Origin: an uncultured Flavonifractor sp.
Lineage (GTDB): Bacteria > Bacillota > Clostridia > Oscillospirales > Oscillospiraceae
DNA length: 62,453 nt
Assembly (NCBI GenBank): GCA_947649225.1
Contig: CANSQX010000001.1
Coordinates: forward strand, 1-62,453
Reading direction: 5' to 3'
The notes under the pieces were generated by a model. It had not been told where the DNA came from, ran no database searches, and saw nothing but the letters and a program-made list of their open reading frames with translations. A program made the position numbers and the translations under genes. Positions 45,298 to 54,051 of this stretch are shown here, one piece after another (position 1 is the stretch's first letter; the number at the start of each line of letters is the position of its first letter).

Positions 45298-46637
45298 AAA
45301 CCGTCAAGCTGCGCCCGCTGGAGGAGACCCTGGCCGCCACCTCCGCCCTGTGTCCGGTATGCCTCAAAACCCTGCCCGCCCGCCGGGTCCGGCGGGGGAG
45401 GCAGGTCTTTTTGGAGCGCGTCTGTCCCGATCACGGCCCATTCTCCACCCTGATCTGGAACGGCGCGCCCGCCTATGGGGCCTGGGGCGGCCCCGCCGCC
45501 CGGGAGGGGGTATCCATCGAAGCGGCCGGGGACTGCCCCCGGGCCTGCGGGCTGTGCGGAGACCACCGCCGCCCCACCTGCTGCCTGCTGTTCGAGGTCA
45601 CCCAGCGGTGCAATCTGGGCTGCCCGGTATGCTACGCGTCCTCCGGCCCGGAGGCCCCCGCCGATCCCACCCTGGAGGAGCTGGACCGGTGGTATGACGC
45701 GGTGCTGGATCAGAGCGGGCGGTGCAACCTCCAGCTCTCCGGCGGGGAGCCCACCGTCCGGGACGACCTGAGCGATGTGATCGCCCTGGGAAAGGCCAAG
45801 GGCTTTCCCTATCTCCAGCTCAACACCAACGGCCTGCGGCTGGCCGCCCAGGGGGACTATGCGGCGCAGCTGAAGGACGCCGGGCTGGACTGCGTGTTTT
45901 TGCAGTTTGACGCCGTGGAGGACGCCGCCTATACGGCCCTCCGGGGCCGGCCGCTGCTGGCGGAAAAGCGGGCGGCGGTGGAGGCCTGCGCCGCCGCCGG
46001 GCTGGGGGTGGTGCTGGTGCCCACCCTGGTCCCCGGCGTCAACGACGGTCAGCTCGGCGCGATTGTGGGCTACGCCCTCTCCCGGATGCCCGCCGTGCGG
46101 GGAGTCCACTTCCAGCCTATGAGCTACTTCGGCCGCTGGCCTGCAGGGCGGGACCCGATCCGGCTCACCCTTCCCGACGTACTCCGCCTGCTGGAGTCGC
46201 AGACCGGCGGGCGGATGCAGGCCGCCCACTTCAAGCCGGGGACGGCGGAAAATCCCTACTGCTCCTTCAACGGGGCCTATCTGCTGGAGCCAGACGGGGG
46301 CCTCTCCCCCCTCAAGCCCCGGCAGGGGTGCTGCTGCGGGAGCGGGGAGCCCGGCCGCTCCGCCGTCGCCCGGGCCCAGGGGTATGTGGCCCGCCAGTGG
46401 GGCCGGGACGGCCGGGCGGACAGGCCCGGCCTGCGCCTGCGCAGGCCCGAATCCCTGGACGAATTCCTGGAGCGGTCCCGGCAGTATACCCTGGCCATAT
46501 CCGGCATGGCCTTCATGGACCCCTGGACCGCCGACCTGGCCCGGCTGCGGGAGTGCTACATCCATGTGATGAAGGACGGGGCCCGCATTCTCCCCTTCTG
46601 CGCCTGCAATCTCTTCCACCGGGAGGCACAGCCGTGA
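45294..46637 (+). CDS. Radical SAM enzyme with an N-terminal zinc-ribbon
   Basis: CPVCLKTLPARRV...VCPDHG ribbon. Cluster motif EVTQRCNLGCPVCYA (Cx3Cx2C). LQLSGGEPTVRDD SAM-binding strand. GTGA overlap with the upstream gene. Confidence 0.85.
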   Translation: MKTVKLRPLEETLAATSALCPVCLKTLPARRVRRGRQVFLERVCPDHGPFSTLIWNGAPAYGAWGGPAAREGVSIEAAGDCPRACGLCGDHRRPTCCLLFEVTQRCNLGCPVCYASSGPEAPADPTLEELDRWYDAVLDQSGRCNLQLSGGEPTVRDDLSDVIALGKAKGFPYLQLNTNGLRLAAQGDYAAQLKDAGLDCVFLQFDAVEDAAYTALRGRPLLAEKRAAVEACAAAGLGVVLVPTLVPGVNDGQLGAIVGYALSRMPAVRGVHFQPMSYFGRWPAGRDPIRLTLPDVLRLLESQTGGRMQAAHFKPGTAENPYCSFNGAYLLEPDGGLSPLKPRQGCCCGSGEPGRSAVARAQGYVARQWGRDGRADRPGLRLRRPESLDEFLERSRQYTLAISGMAFMDPWTADLARLRECYIHVMKDGARILPFCACNLFHREAQP

Positions 46638-47884
46638 GGCCCACCCCGCTGGAGCCCTGGATCGCGGCTAAGACGGGGGGGACGTTGCGCCGCTGGCAGC
46701 TGGACCGGCTGAACGAGACTCTGGACCGGGCCCGGCGGAGCCCCTTCTACCGGAGCCGCCTGCCCGCCGGGGTGGACAGCCTGGAGGACCTGGCCGCTCT
46801 GCCCCTGACGGCGGCGGCGGACCTGCGGGCCCAGGGGACCGGGCTGGTCTGCGTACCCCAGCGGGAGATCGCCCGCATCGTCACCCTGCCCACCAGCGGC
46901 TCCACCGGCGCGCCTAAGCGGATCTATTTCTCTGAAGCGGATCTGGAGCGGACAGTGGACTTTTTCCACCACGGGCTGACCACCCTGGTCCGGCCGGGGG
47001 ATCAGATGCTCATCGGCTATCCCTGTGGCACGCCGGGGGGACTGGGGGCGCTGATCGGCACGGCGCTGGAACGGATTCCCGCCCGGTCCATCCCCCACGG
47101 GCCCGTGACCTCCTACCAGGCGGCGGCGGAGCTGCTGAGCCGGACCGGGTGCCAGACCCTCGTGGGCTTTCCGGTGCAGCTGCTGGCCCTGGCGAAGTAC
47201 TGCGCCGCACAGCGCATCCCCTGCCGGGTGCGGGCCGTTCTCCTCAGCGCCGACACGGTGACACAGGCCGTCCGCAGCGGCCTGCGGGCCCTCTGGGGCT
47301 GCGAGGTCTTCGAGCACTACGGCATGACCGAGACCGGACTGGGGGGCGCGGTGGACTGCGCGGCCCACGCGGGGCTCCACCTCCGGGAGAACGACCTGCT
47401 GGCGGAGATTGTGGACGGGGGAGGCCGCCCCGTCTCCGACGGCACGGAGGGCGAGATCGTGATCACCACCCTGACCCGGACCGCCATGCCCCTGATCCGC
47501 CTGCGCACCGGGGACCAGGCCCGGATTCTGCCGGGGGTCTGCCCCTGCGGCTCCCCCCTGCGGCGGCTGTCGCCCCCCCGGCGGCGGGAGAGCGGGCCTC
47601 TCTCCCTGCCGGAGTGGGACGAGGCCCTGCTCCCCCTGGCCGGTCTGGCCGACTTCCGGCTCACCCTGGCGGGGAGCACCGTCATCCTGGAGGCCGAGCA
47701 CCCGGACGTCCTGCCCCCCCTCTCCGCGCAGGAGGTGGAGGAGGCCGTCCGCTCCCTGGTCCCCGGCGGGATGGAGCTGAGAATTGCGATCCTCCAGACG
47801 GGGGATCGCCCGGTGCTGCATCCGGGCTGCAAGCGGCTGATCCGGCGGGAGGGAGGTGGACGGCCATGCGGCGGCTCTATCTGA
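46634..47884 (+). CDS. Adenylate-forming enzyme, phenylacetate-CoA ligase/F390-synthetase-like
   Basis: SPFYRSRL...LPLTAAADLR...TLPTSGSTGAPKRIYFSEADLE...FEHYGMTETG...LIRLRTGD. GTGA overlap with the radical SAM stop. Confidence 0.85.
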   Translation: MRPTPLEPWIAAKTGGTLRRWQLDRLNETLDRARRSPFYRSRLPAGVDSLEDLAALPLTAAADLRAQGTGLVCVPQREIARIVTLPTSGSTGAPKRIYFSEADLERTVDFFHHGLTTLVRPGDQMLIGYPCGTPGGLGALIGTALERIPARSIPHGPVTSYQAAAELLSRTGCQTLVGFPVQLLALAKYCAAQRIPCRVRAVLLSADTVTQAVRSGLRALWGCEVFEHYGMTETGLGGAVDCAAHAGLHLRENDLLAEIVDGGGRPVSDGTEGEIVITTLTRTAMPLIRLRTGDQARILPGVCPCGSPLRRLSPPRRRESGPLSLPEWDEALLPLAGLADFRLTLAGSTVILEAEHPDVLPPLSAQEVEEAVRSLVPGGMELRIAILQTGDRPVLHPGCKRLIRREGGGRPCGGSI

Positions 47885-48513
47885 TCCGGCACGCCCAGCC
47901 GGAGGGGGACGGAGTCCCCCGCTTTCTGGGTCAGGGGAACCCGCCCCTCTCCCCCCGGGGCCGGGCGGAGGCCCGCCGTCTGGGGGCCTATCTGCGGCCG
48001 TTCCCTCCGGAGGCGGTGTACTGCTCCCCGCTGCTGCGCTGTGTGGAGACCGCCCGCTTTCTGACCCCCTCGCCCACCCCCGTCCCCGGCCTGGAGGAGA
48101 TCGATCTGGGGGCTTGGGAGGGCCTGCCCCGGGCGGAGGTCCGCGCCCGCTTTCCGGAGCTCTACGCGGCCCGGGGCCGGGACATCGCCCACTGCGCCCC
48201 GCCGGGCGGGGAGCGCTTCACCCAGGCGGCAGCGCGCGCCTGGGCCGCCCTGTCCGCCCTTCTGGCGTCCACCCGGGGGGATCTGGCGGTGGTGGGCCAC
48301 GCGGGGATCCACCGCACGATCCTCTGTACCGCCTTACACCGGCCGCTGGGGACGCTGCTGGACATTCCCCAGCACTACTGCGGTGTCTCCGTCCTCCGGG
48401 TCACGGAGGACGGACTGGAGCCAGAGACCATCGACGAAATCCTGTGGAGGCCGGGACCCCGGAACGGCGCGCCCGGCCCGCAAAGGGAGGAACACACATG
48501 GAAAAGCTGCTGA
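47866..48513 (+). CDS. Histidine phosphatase family protein (CobC/PhoE-like)
   Basis: RLYLIRHAQPEG...LSPRGRAEA...YCSPLLRCVETA...VVGHAGIHRTIL. The ATG at 47866 overlaps the ligase gene by 19 nt. Confidence 0.8.
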   Translation: MRRLYLIRHAQPEGDGVPRFLGQGNPPLSPRGRAEARRLGAYLRPFPPEAVYCSPLLRCVETARFLTPSPTPVPGLEEIDLGAWEGLPRAEVRARFPELYAARGRDIAHCAPPGGERFTQAAARAWAALSALLASTRGDLAVVGHAGIHRTILCTALHRPLGTLLDIPQHYCGVSVLRVTEDGLEPETIDEILWRPGPRNGAPGPQREEHTWKSC

Positions 48514-49463
48514 ACACCTGCGCCGCGTGGCTGGAGGCCGGAACCCCCCTGGCCCTGGCCCTGATTGTGGAGCGCCATGGCCCGGCCCCCCGGGGCGCGG
48601 GGACCATGATGGCGGTCCGGGGGGACCGGACCATCGCCGGGACCGTGGGGGGCGGCCTTCTGGAGGCCCGGGCCGTGGAGGCCGGACTCCGGGTGCTGGA
48701 GACCGGGGGCGGCGCGATGCTCCCCTTTGACCTCACCAGCACCGACGCCGCCCAGTCGGGCATGATCTGCGGCGGGTCCGGGCGGATGATCGTGCTGCGG
48801 GTCCTCCCCGGGGATCTGCCGGTGCTGGCCGCCGCCCGGGACGCCGCCCTCTCCGGCGGCCGGGGGGCCCTGGCGATCCAGTGGGGCCCGGACGGCGCGG
48901 CCCCCTGGACCCTCTCCTTTGCGGAGGAGGCGGGCCAGGAGGGCCTGCGCGCCCTGCCCGGAGGGGGCGAGGGCTACCTCCTCCCTGTCCGGGGCGGGGG
49001 GCAGCTGCTGATCTTCGGGGCGGGCCATGTCTCCCGGGAGATCGCCGCGCTGGCCGTCCGGCTGGGCTTCCGGGTGACGGTGCTGGACGACCGGGCGGAG
49101 TTCGCCAGTGCCGGACGCTTTCCGGGCTGCACGGTGGAGGTGCTCCCCGATCTGGACCACCCCCCCGCCCGGACGCTGAACGGGGACGACTCGGTGATCA
49201 TCGCCACCCGGGGCCACCTCCACGACCTGAACTGTCTGGCATGGACCCTGCGCACGGGGGCGGGGTACGTGGGCATGATCGGCAGCCGCCGGAAAAAGGG
49301 GCTGGTGTTCGCCGCACTGGAGGCCCAGGGCATCCCCCGCACCGCCCTGGAGCAGGTCCATACCCCCATCGGCCTGGACATCCAAGCCCAGACCCCGGAG
49401 GAGATCGCGGTCAGCATTGCGGCCGAGCTGATCCAGTGCCGGGCCGCCCGCCGTGGGGGCTGA
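48498..49463 (+). CDS. xdhC: XdhC/CoxI-family molybdenum cofactor insertion chaperone
   Basis: ALALIVERHGPAPRGAGTMMAV...GTVGGGLLEA, and the Rossmann-like LLIFGAGHVSREIAALAVRLGFRVTVLDDR...ATRGHLHD...YVGMIGSRRK. RBS aaagggagg. Confidence 0.85.
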   Translation: MEKLLNTCAAWLEAGTPLALALIVERHGPAPRGAGTMMAVRGDRTIAGTVGGGLLEARAVEAGLRVLETGGGAMLPFDLTSTDAAQSGMICGGSGRMIVLRVLPGDLPVLAAARDAALSGGRGALAIQWGPDGAAPWTLSFAEEAGQEGLRALPGGGEGYLLPVRGGGQLLIFGAGHVSREIAALAVRLGFRVTVLDDRAEFASAGRFPGCTVEVLPDLDHPPARTLNGDDSVIIATRGHLHDLNCLAWTLRTGAGYVGMIGSRRKKGLVFAALEAQGIPRTALEQVHTPIGLDIQAQTPEEIAVSIAAELIQCRAARRGG

Positions 49464-50616
49464 GCGCCCCCTGGGGGCCGTCCTGACGGCGGCGGGCCGC
49501 TCCGTCCGGATGGGCCGTTGGAAGCCCCTGCTTCCGGTGGGGGGCGTCCCCCTGCTGGAGACGGGGATCCGGGCCCTGCGGGCCGGGGGCGTCCAGCGGA
49601 TCTATGTGGTCACCGGGCACCGGGCGGAGGAGCTGCGGCCCCTGCTGGCGCGCCTGGGGGCGGAGGAGGTCCACAACCCGGACTACGCCCGGACCGATAT
49701 GTTCGCCTCGGTGCGGCTGGGGCTGGAGCGGGCGGCGCAGGACTGCGGGGCGGTTTTTCTGCTCCCCGGGGACGTGGCTCTGTTCCGGTCCCACAGCGTC
49801 CGCACGATGGAGCAGCTGCGCCGGGCGCGGGGGGCGGAGCTTGTGATCCCCCGCTTCCGGGGAGAGCGGGGGCACCCGGTGCTGCTGAGCCCGGCCTGCA
49901 TAGCCCACGCGCTGGCCTGGAGCGGCGCAGGGGGCCTGCGGGGGGCGCTGGACGCCTTCTCCGGTCCCCGGGAGCATGCCGATCTCCCCGACCCCGGCCT
50001 GCTGCTGGACGCCGACACCCCGGCGGATTTTCAGCGGCTGCTGGACTACCGCCGGGTCCGGGGGATCCCGGATCGGGCTCTCTGTATGGACCTGCTGGCC
50101 TGGGCGGGCACGCCCCCGGAGGTGGTGCGCCACTGTGAGGCGGTGGCGCGGACCGCCCTAGCGCTGGCCGAAGCGGTCAACGCGGAGGGCGGACGGCTCA
50201 GCACCCGGCTGGTGCTGGCGGGGGCGCTGCTCCACGACATCGCCAAAAAAAGCCCCCGCCACGACCGGGCGGGGGCGGAGCTGCTTCGTATGCTGGACTG
50301 TCCGGCGCCGGCGGCCGTCGCGCAGGCCCATATGACCCTGCCGCCCGGGGCGGCGGACCGGCTGGACGCGCGCAGTCTGGTCTACTATGCCGACAAAATC
50401 ACCTGGGGGACCCGCCGGGTGGCGCTGGCGGACCGCTTTGCCGGGCTGGAGGCCCGCTTTGCAGGGGCCCCGGCCGCTCTGGCCGCCGCACGGCGGCGCT
50501 ATGCGGATGCGCGGCGGGTGGAGGATCGGATCCGGCAGGCGGGGGGCTTTCCTCAGTCCACGCCGCAGTTGCACGGGCCGCCCTCGTGGCTGGCGCAGCC
50601 CGTGCCCCCCACGTAG
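49453..50616 (+). CDS. MocA-like molybdenum cofactor nucleotidyltransferase fused to an HD-domain
   Basis: GAVLTAAGRSVRMGRWKPLLPVGG...FLLPGDVALF...GHPVLL (MobA/MocA fold), then ...LLHDIAKK...HDRAGAELL (HD motif). The GTG overlaps the xdhC end. Confidence 0.8.
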   Translation: MGAERPLGAVLTAAGRSVRMGRWKPLLPVGGVPLLETGIRALRAGGVQRIYVVTGHRAEELRPLLARLGAEEVHNPDYARTDMFASVRLGLERAAQDCGAVFLLPGDVALFRSHSVRTMEQLRRARGAELVIPRFRGERGHPVLLSPACIAHALAWSGAGGLRGALDAFSGPREHADLPDPGLLLDADTPADFQRLLDYRRVRGIPDRALCMDLLAWAGTPPEVVRHCEAVARTALALAEAVNAEGGRLSTRLVLAGALLHDIAKKSPRHDRAGAELLRMLDCPAPAAVAQAHMTLPPGAADRLDARSLVYYADKITWGTRRVALADRFAGLEARFAGAPAALAAARRRYADARRVEDRIRQAGGFPQSTPQLHGPPSWLAQPVPPT

Positions 50617-50921
50617 TCCCGGATGAGCGCCAGGCGGTACTGGTCCATAGCCCGGACGGCCTCGGCGGCCGTGAGCCCGGCGGCGTGGTAGCGGGTGATA
50701 TTGTACCCGGCGATCTGCTCGAACTGCTCCCTGCTGTGGATATCGCCGCAGAACAGGACCTCCACCTCCGCCTGCCGCAGCTCCCGGGGGATGTCTGCGG
50801 TGACGTAGCGGCCCCGATCCAGGGCCCCGGTGTCGGCGATGAGGACGCACCGGGCGGCCTCGTAGGTGGGGGCGACGGGGGCGTCCGGAGACGGCCCGGA
50901 GAGCGCTGCTGCAATCATCAT
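50553..50921 (-). CDS. NifB/NifX/NafY-like cofactor-binding fold protein with a Cys-rich tail (assignment tentative)
   Basis: RBS gggagg before ATGATG. A pattern of short beta-alpha units (CVLIADTG..., VEVLFCGDI..., YNITRY...GLTAAEAVRAM) and the C-terminal GGTGCASHEGGPCNCG. It overlaps the 3' end of the convergent MocA-HD gene by 64 nt. Confidence 0.45.
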   Translation of the reverse strand: MMIAAALSGPSPDAPVAPTYEAARCVLIADTGALDRGRYVTADIPRELRQAEVEVLFCGDIHSREQFEQIAGYNITRYHAAGLTAAEAVRAMDQYRLALIRDYVGGTGCASHEGGPCNCGVD

Positions 50922-51090
50922 GAGATTCGTACCTCCCGACAGGCGGGGCCTGGTTCCCTGCCCGCGCCCTATTTGTCCTCATTATAGGGGACCCCGGCGC
51001 AAAAAGCAAGATCCCCAGCACCCGGGCCGGGGCGCTGCGCACCCCGATCGGCCCGCCTGAAATCCCGCGGCAGAGATTCCCCGGTTGCCC

Positions 51091-51119
51091 TTGTCAACCG
51101 GGCGCAGATGTATTATAAT
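51091..51119 (+). promoter_or_regulatory. Promoter TTGTCA-N17-TATAAT of the aldehyde oxidoreductase gene
   Basis: ttgtca at 51091..51096, 17-nt spacer, tataat at 51114..51119. Confidence 0.6.
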
Positions 51120-51131
51120 TGTGCCGTCTGA

Positions 51132-51143
51132 ATTGTATACAAT
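51132..51143. promoter_or_regulatory. Perfect 12-bp palindrome ATTGTATACAAT just downstream of the -10 (candidate repressor operator)
   Basis: The sequence is self-complementary when read directly. The related half-repeat atgtgtacaat follows at 51145..51155. Confidence 0.45.
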
Positions 51144-51213
51144 CATGTGTACAATCCTGTCCCGGATGGCGGACGGCTCCAAATTCAGGTGAGATAGAAG
51201 AGGTGGAGAACCC

Positions 51214-54051
51214 ATGAAAAAGCTTTCCCGGAAATCCCTGGTTATCAACGGCGCGCAGCGGTTCGTCCTGTACGACGCGGAGCACGACAGTCTGGCCCTG
51301 GCCCTGCGCCGCCTGGGTCTGACCGGCACCAAGGTGGGCTGCGGCACCGGCGTCTGCGGCGCCTGCACCGTGCTGCTCAACGGCAAGGTGACCCGGGCCT
51401 GCGTCATGAAGATGAAGCGGGTGCCCGACTTTGCCGAGGTGCTCACCATCGAGGGCATCGGCGCCCCCGGCCGCCTGCACCCCCTCCAGCAGGCGTGGAT
51501 TACCTACGGCGGGGTCCAGTGCGGCTTCTGCACCCCCGGCTTTATCGTCTCGGCCTACGGCCTGCTCCAGGAGAACCAGAGCCCCACCCGGCAGGAGGTG
51601 CGCGCCTGGTTTGAGAAGAACCACAACGTCTGCCGCTGCACGGGCTACAAGCCCCTGGTGGACTGCGTGATGGAGGCTGCCGCGGTCCTGCGCGGCGAGA
51701 AGACCATGGAGGACATCACCTGGAAGAAGGGGGAGGGCGAGGACTACTACGGCAGCCGCCTGCCCCGTCCTACCGCCCTGTCCAAGGTCTGCGGCCTCAC
51801 CGACTACGGCGACGACATCGCCCTGAAGATGCCCGAGGGGGTGGCCTATCTGGCCCCCGTCCTGGCCGGGGTCCCCCACGCCAAAATCAAGGGCATCGAC
51901 GCCTCGGCGGCCGAGGCCCTGCCCGGCGTCATCAAGGTCCTCACCGCCGCCGACGTGAAGGGCTCCAACGACATCTCCTTCCCTGCCGTGGTCCCCCGCC
52001 AGAAAGGCCAGGGCTCCCCCAAATTCCCCATCATCTGCGGGGATACGGTGAACCGCCGGGGGGACGTGGTGGCCGTGGTGGCCGCCGCCACCCACGAGCT
52101 GGCCCGGGAGGCCGCCAGGCTGGTCAAGCTGGACCTGGAGGTCCTCCCCTCCTACATGAACGTGCTGGAGTCCTTTGCCCCCAACGCCCTCCAGCTCTAT
52201 GAGAACATCCCCAACCAGTACCTGTTCGCCCCCCTGTACAAGGGCGAGGATACCGAGGAGATCTTTGAGGACGCCCCCGTAGTGGTAGAGGGCAGCTGGC
52301 ACAGCCAGCACGAGCCCCACCTGCCCATCGAGCCCGACGTGTTCCAGGGCTACTGGGACGAGGACGGGATGCTCACCATCATGAGCAAAACCCACGACCT
52401 GTATGGCTGCCGCGACGAGCTGGCCCCCGCCATCGGCATGGACCCGGAGAAGGTCCGCATGATCAACAACCCTGCCGGGGGCTGCTTCGGCTATTCCACC
52501 ATCTCCAGCGTCTTCGCCATCGCCGGTGTGGCGGTGATGGCCCTGGATATGCCGGTGTCCATGACCCTCAGCTACGAGGAGCATATGCACATGACGGGCA
52601 AGCGCTCGGCAACCTACTCCAACGGCCGCCTTGCCTGCGATGAGGACGGCATAATCCTGGCCGTGGAGTGCGACGTGGCCATGGACCACGGAGCCTACGC
52701 CGGCACCGCCTCTATCGCCTTCGGCAACCTGATCTCGGTGCCCTTCCAGGGCTACAACGTCCCCAACATGAAGATGCTGGCCCGGGCGGGCATCTCCAAC
52801 CACAACTTCACCTGCGCCTACCGGGGCTTCGGCGGCCCCCAGATCTACACCATGAGCGAGGCTCTGACCGACATGGCCGCCGAGAAGGCGGGCATCGACG
52901 CCTGGGAGTTCCGGATGAAGAACGCGGCCCGCCCCGGAGATCTCACCATCAACAGCCGGCCCTACCTGTCCTATACCTATCCCGAGCTGCTCCAGAAGCT
53001 CAAGCCCCACTACGACGCCTTCAAGGCCGAGGCCGAGGCCGCCAAGCAGGCGGGCCGCCATGTGGGCGTGGGCATGGCTATGGGCGGCTTCAACGTGGGC
53101 AAGGGCTTCATCGACCACTGCGAGGACGCTCTGGAGCTCTGCGAGGGCGGCTGCATCAACGTCTACAACACCTGGCAGGACCTGGGCCAGGGGGCGGACA
53201 TCGGCACCCTGACTCACGTGCTCAAAGTGCTCGAGCCCCTGCACGTCACCCCCGAGCAGGTCCGCTTCGTCACCTGCGACACCAAGCTGGCCCCCGACTC
53301 CGGCCTGTCCGCCGCCAGCCGCTCCCACTTCATGAACGGCCGCGCCCTCATCGACGCCGCCAACCAGCTCCTGAACGCCATGCGCAAGGAGGACGGGACC
53401 TACCGCACCTATGAGGAGATGACGGCCGGGGGCATTCCCACCAAGTACATGGGCCACACCGACGAGTCCGGCCAGGGCTACGACCCCTGCCAGAACCCCA
53501 ACACCGGCGAGGGCAACCGCTTCGCCCAGTACACCTACGGCGTCAGCTGCGCCCTGGTGGAGGTGGACGTGGAGACCGGCAAGGTCAAGGTCCTCCGGTA
53601 CGCCATCGCCACCGACGTGGGGGTCATCGGCAACCGCCTCTCGGTGGAGGGCCAGGGCTACGGCGGCATCTCCCACAGCATCGGCTTCGCCCTCAGTGAG
53701 GATTACGACGGCACCGACCGGGCGAAAAATATGGCCTACTGCGGCATCCCCACCTGCGAGGTCATCCCCGACGACATCCGCCTGGAGTTTTTGGAGACCA
53801 ATCCCCGGCCCAACGGCCCCCACGGCTCCGGCGGCTGCGCCGAGGTCTTCCAGTGCTCCACCCACATGCCTATCATCAACGCCATCAACAACGCCTGCGG
53901 CGTGCGCATCTACGACCTGCCCGCCACCCCGCAGAAGATCAAGGAGGCCTGGGAGAAGCGCCAGCGGGGCGAGGATCTTACGCCGCCCAAGTATTTCTTC
54001 GGCTCCGAGTTCGAGGACGAGCTGGAGTACATCCGCGAAAACCCCATCTGA
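51214..54051 (+). CDS. Mop-type molybdenum aldehyde oxidoreductase (2x[2Fe-2S] plus a molybdopterin-binding domain in one chain)
   Basis: GCGTGVCGACTVLLNGKVTRAC and GGVQCGFCTPGFIVSAYGLL...CRCTGYKPLVD (the two [2Fe-2S] motifs), followed by an ~780-aa xanthine-oxidase-family Mo domain (...GGCFGYS..., ...AYRGFGGPQ..., ...GEGN...). Confidence 0.95.
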   Translation: MKKLSRKSLVINGAQRFVLYDAEHDSLALALRRLGLTGTKVGCGTGVCGACTVLLNGKVTRACVMKMKRVPDFAEVLTIEGIGAPGRLHPLQQAWITYGGVQCGFCTPGFIVSAYGLLQENQSPTRQEVRAWFEKNHNVCRCTGYKPLVDCVMEAAAVLRGEKTMEDITWKKGEGEDYYGSRLPRPTALSKVCGLTDYGDDIALKMPEGVAYLAPVLAGVPHAKIKGIDASAAEALPGVIKVLTAADVKGSNDISFPAVVPRQKGQGSPKFPIICGDTVNRRGDVVAVVAAATHELAREAARLVKLDLEVLPSYMNVLESFAPNALQLYENIPNQYLFAPLYKGEDTEEIFEDAPVVVEGSWHSQHEPHLPIEPDVFQGYWDEDGMLTIMSKTHDLYGCRDELAPAIGMDPEKVRMINNPAGGCFGYSTISSVFAIAGVAVMALDMPVSMTLSYEEHMHMTGKRSATYSNGRLACDEDGIILAVECDVAMDHGAYAGTASIAFGNLISVPFQGYNVPNMKMLARAGISNHNFTCAYRGFGGPQIYTMSEALTDMAAEKAGIDAWEFRMKNAARPGDLTINSRPYLSYTYPELLQKLKPHYDAFKAEAEAAKQAGRHVGVGMAMGGFNVGKGFIDHCEDALELCEGGCINVYNTWQDLGQGADIGTLTHVLKVLEPLHVTPEQVRFVTCDTKLAPDSGLSAASRSHFMNGRALIDAANQLLNAMRKEDGTYRTYEEMTAGGIPTKYMGHTDESGQGYDPCQNPNTGEGNRFAQYTYGVSCALVEVDVETGKVKVLRYAIATDVGVIGNRLSVEGQGYGGISHSIGFALSEDYDGTDRAKNMAYCGIPTCEVIPDDIRLEFLETNPRPNGPHGSGGCAEVFQCSTHMPIINAINNACGVRIYDLPATPQKIKEAWEKRQRGEDLTPPKYFFGSEFEDELEYIRENPI

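Noticed and set aside
6702-49463. Longer N-terminal extensions offered by the ORF track (for example starts at 3009, 3291, 6702, 6929, 11074, 14147, 21599, 38956, 40952, 43078, 44150, 46328, 47149, 47856, 60542)
   Set aside because: Internal starts preceded by a GGAGG-like RBS fit the conserved protein N-termini (signal peptides, family motifs). At 38956 a promoter overlaps the supposed start.
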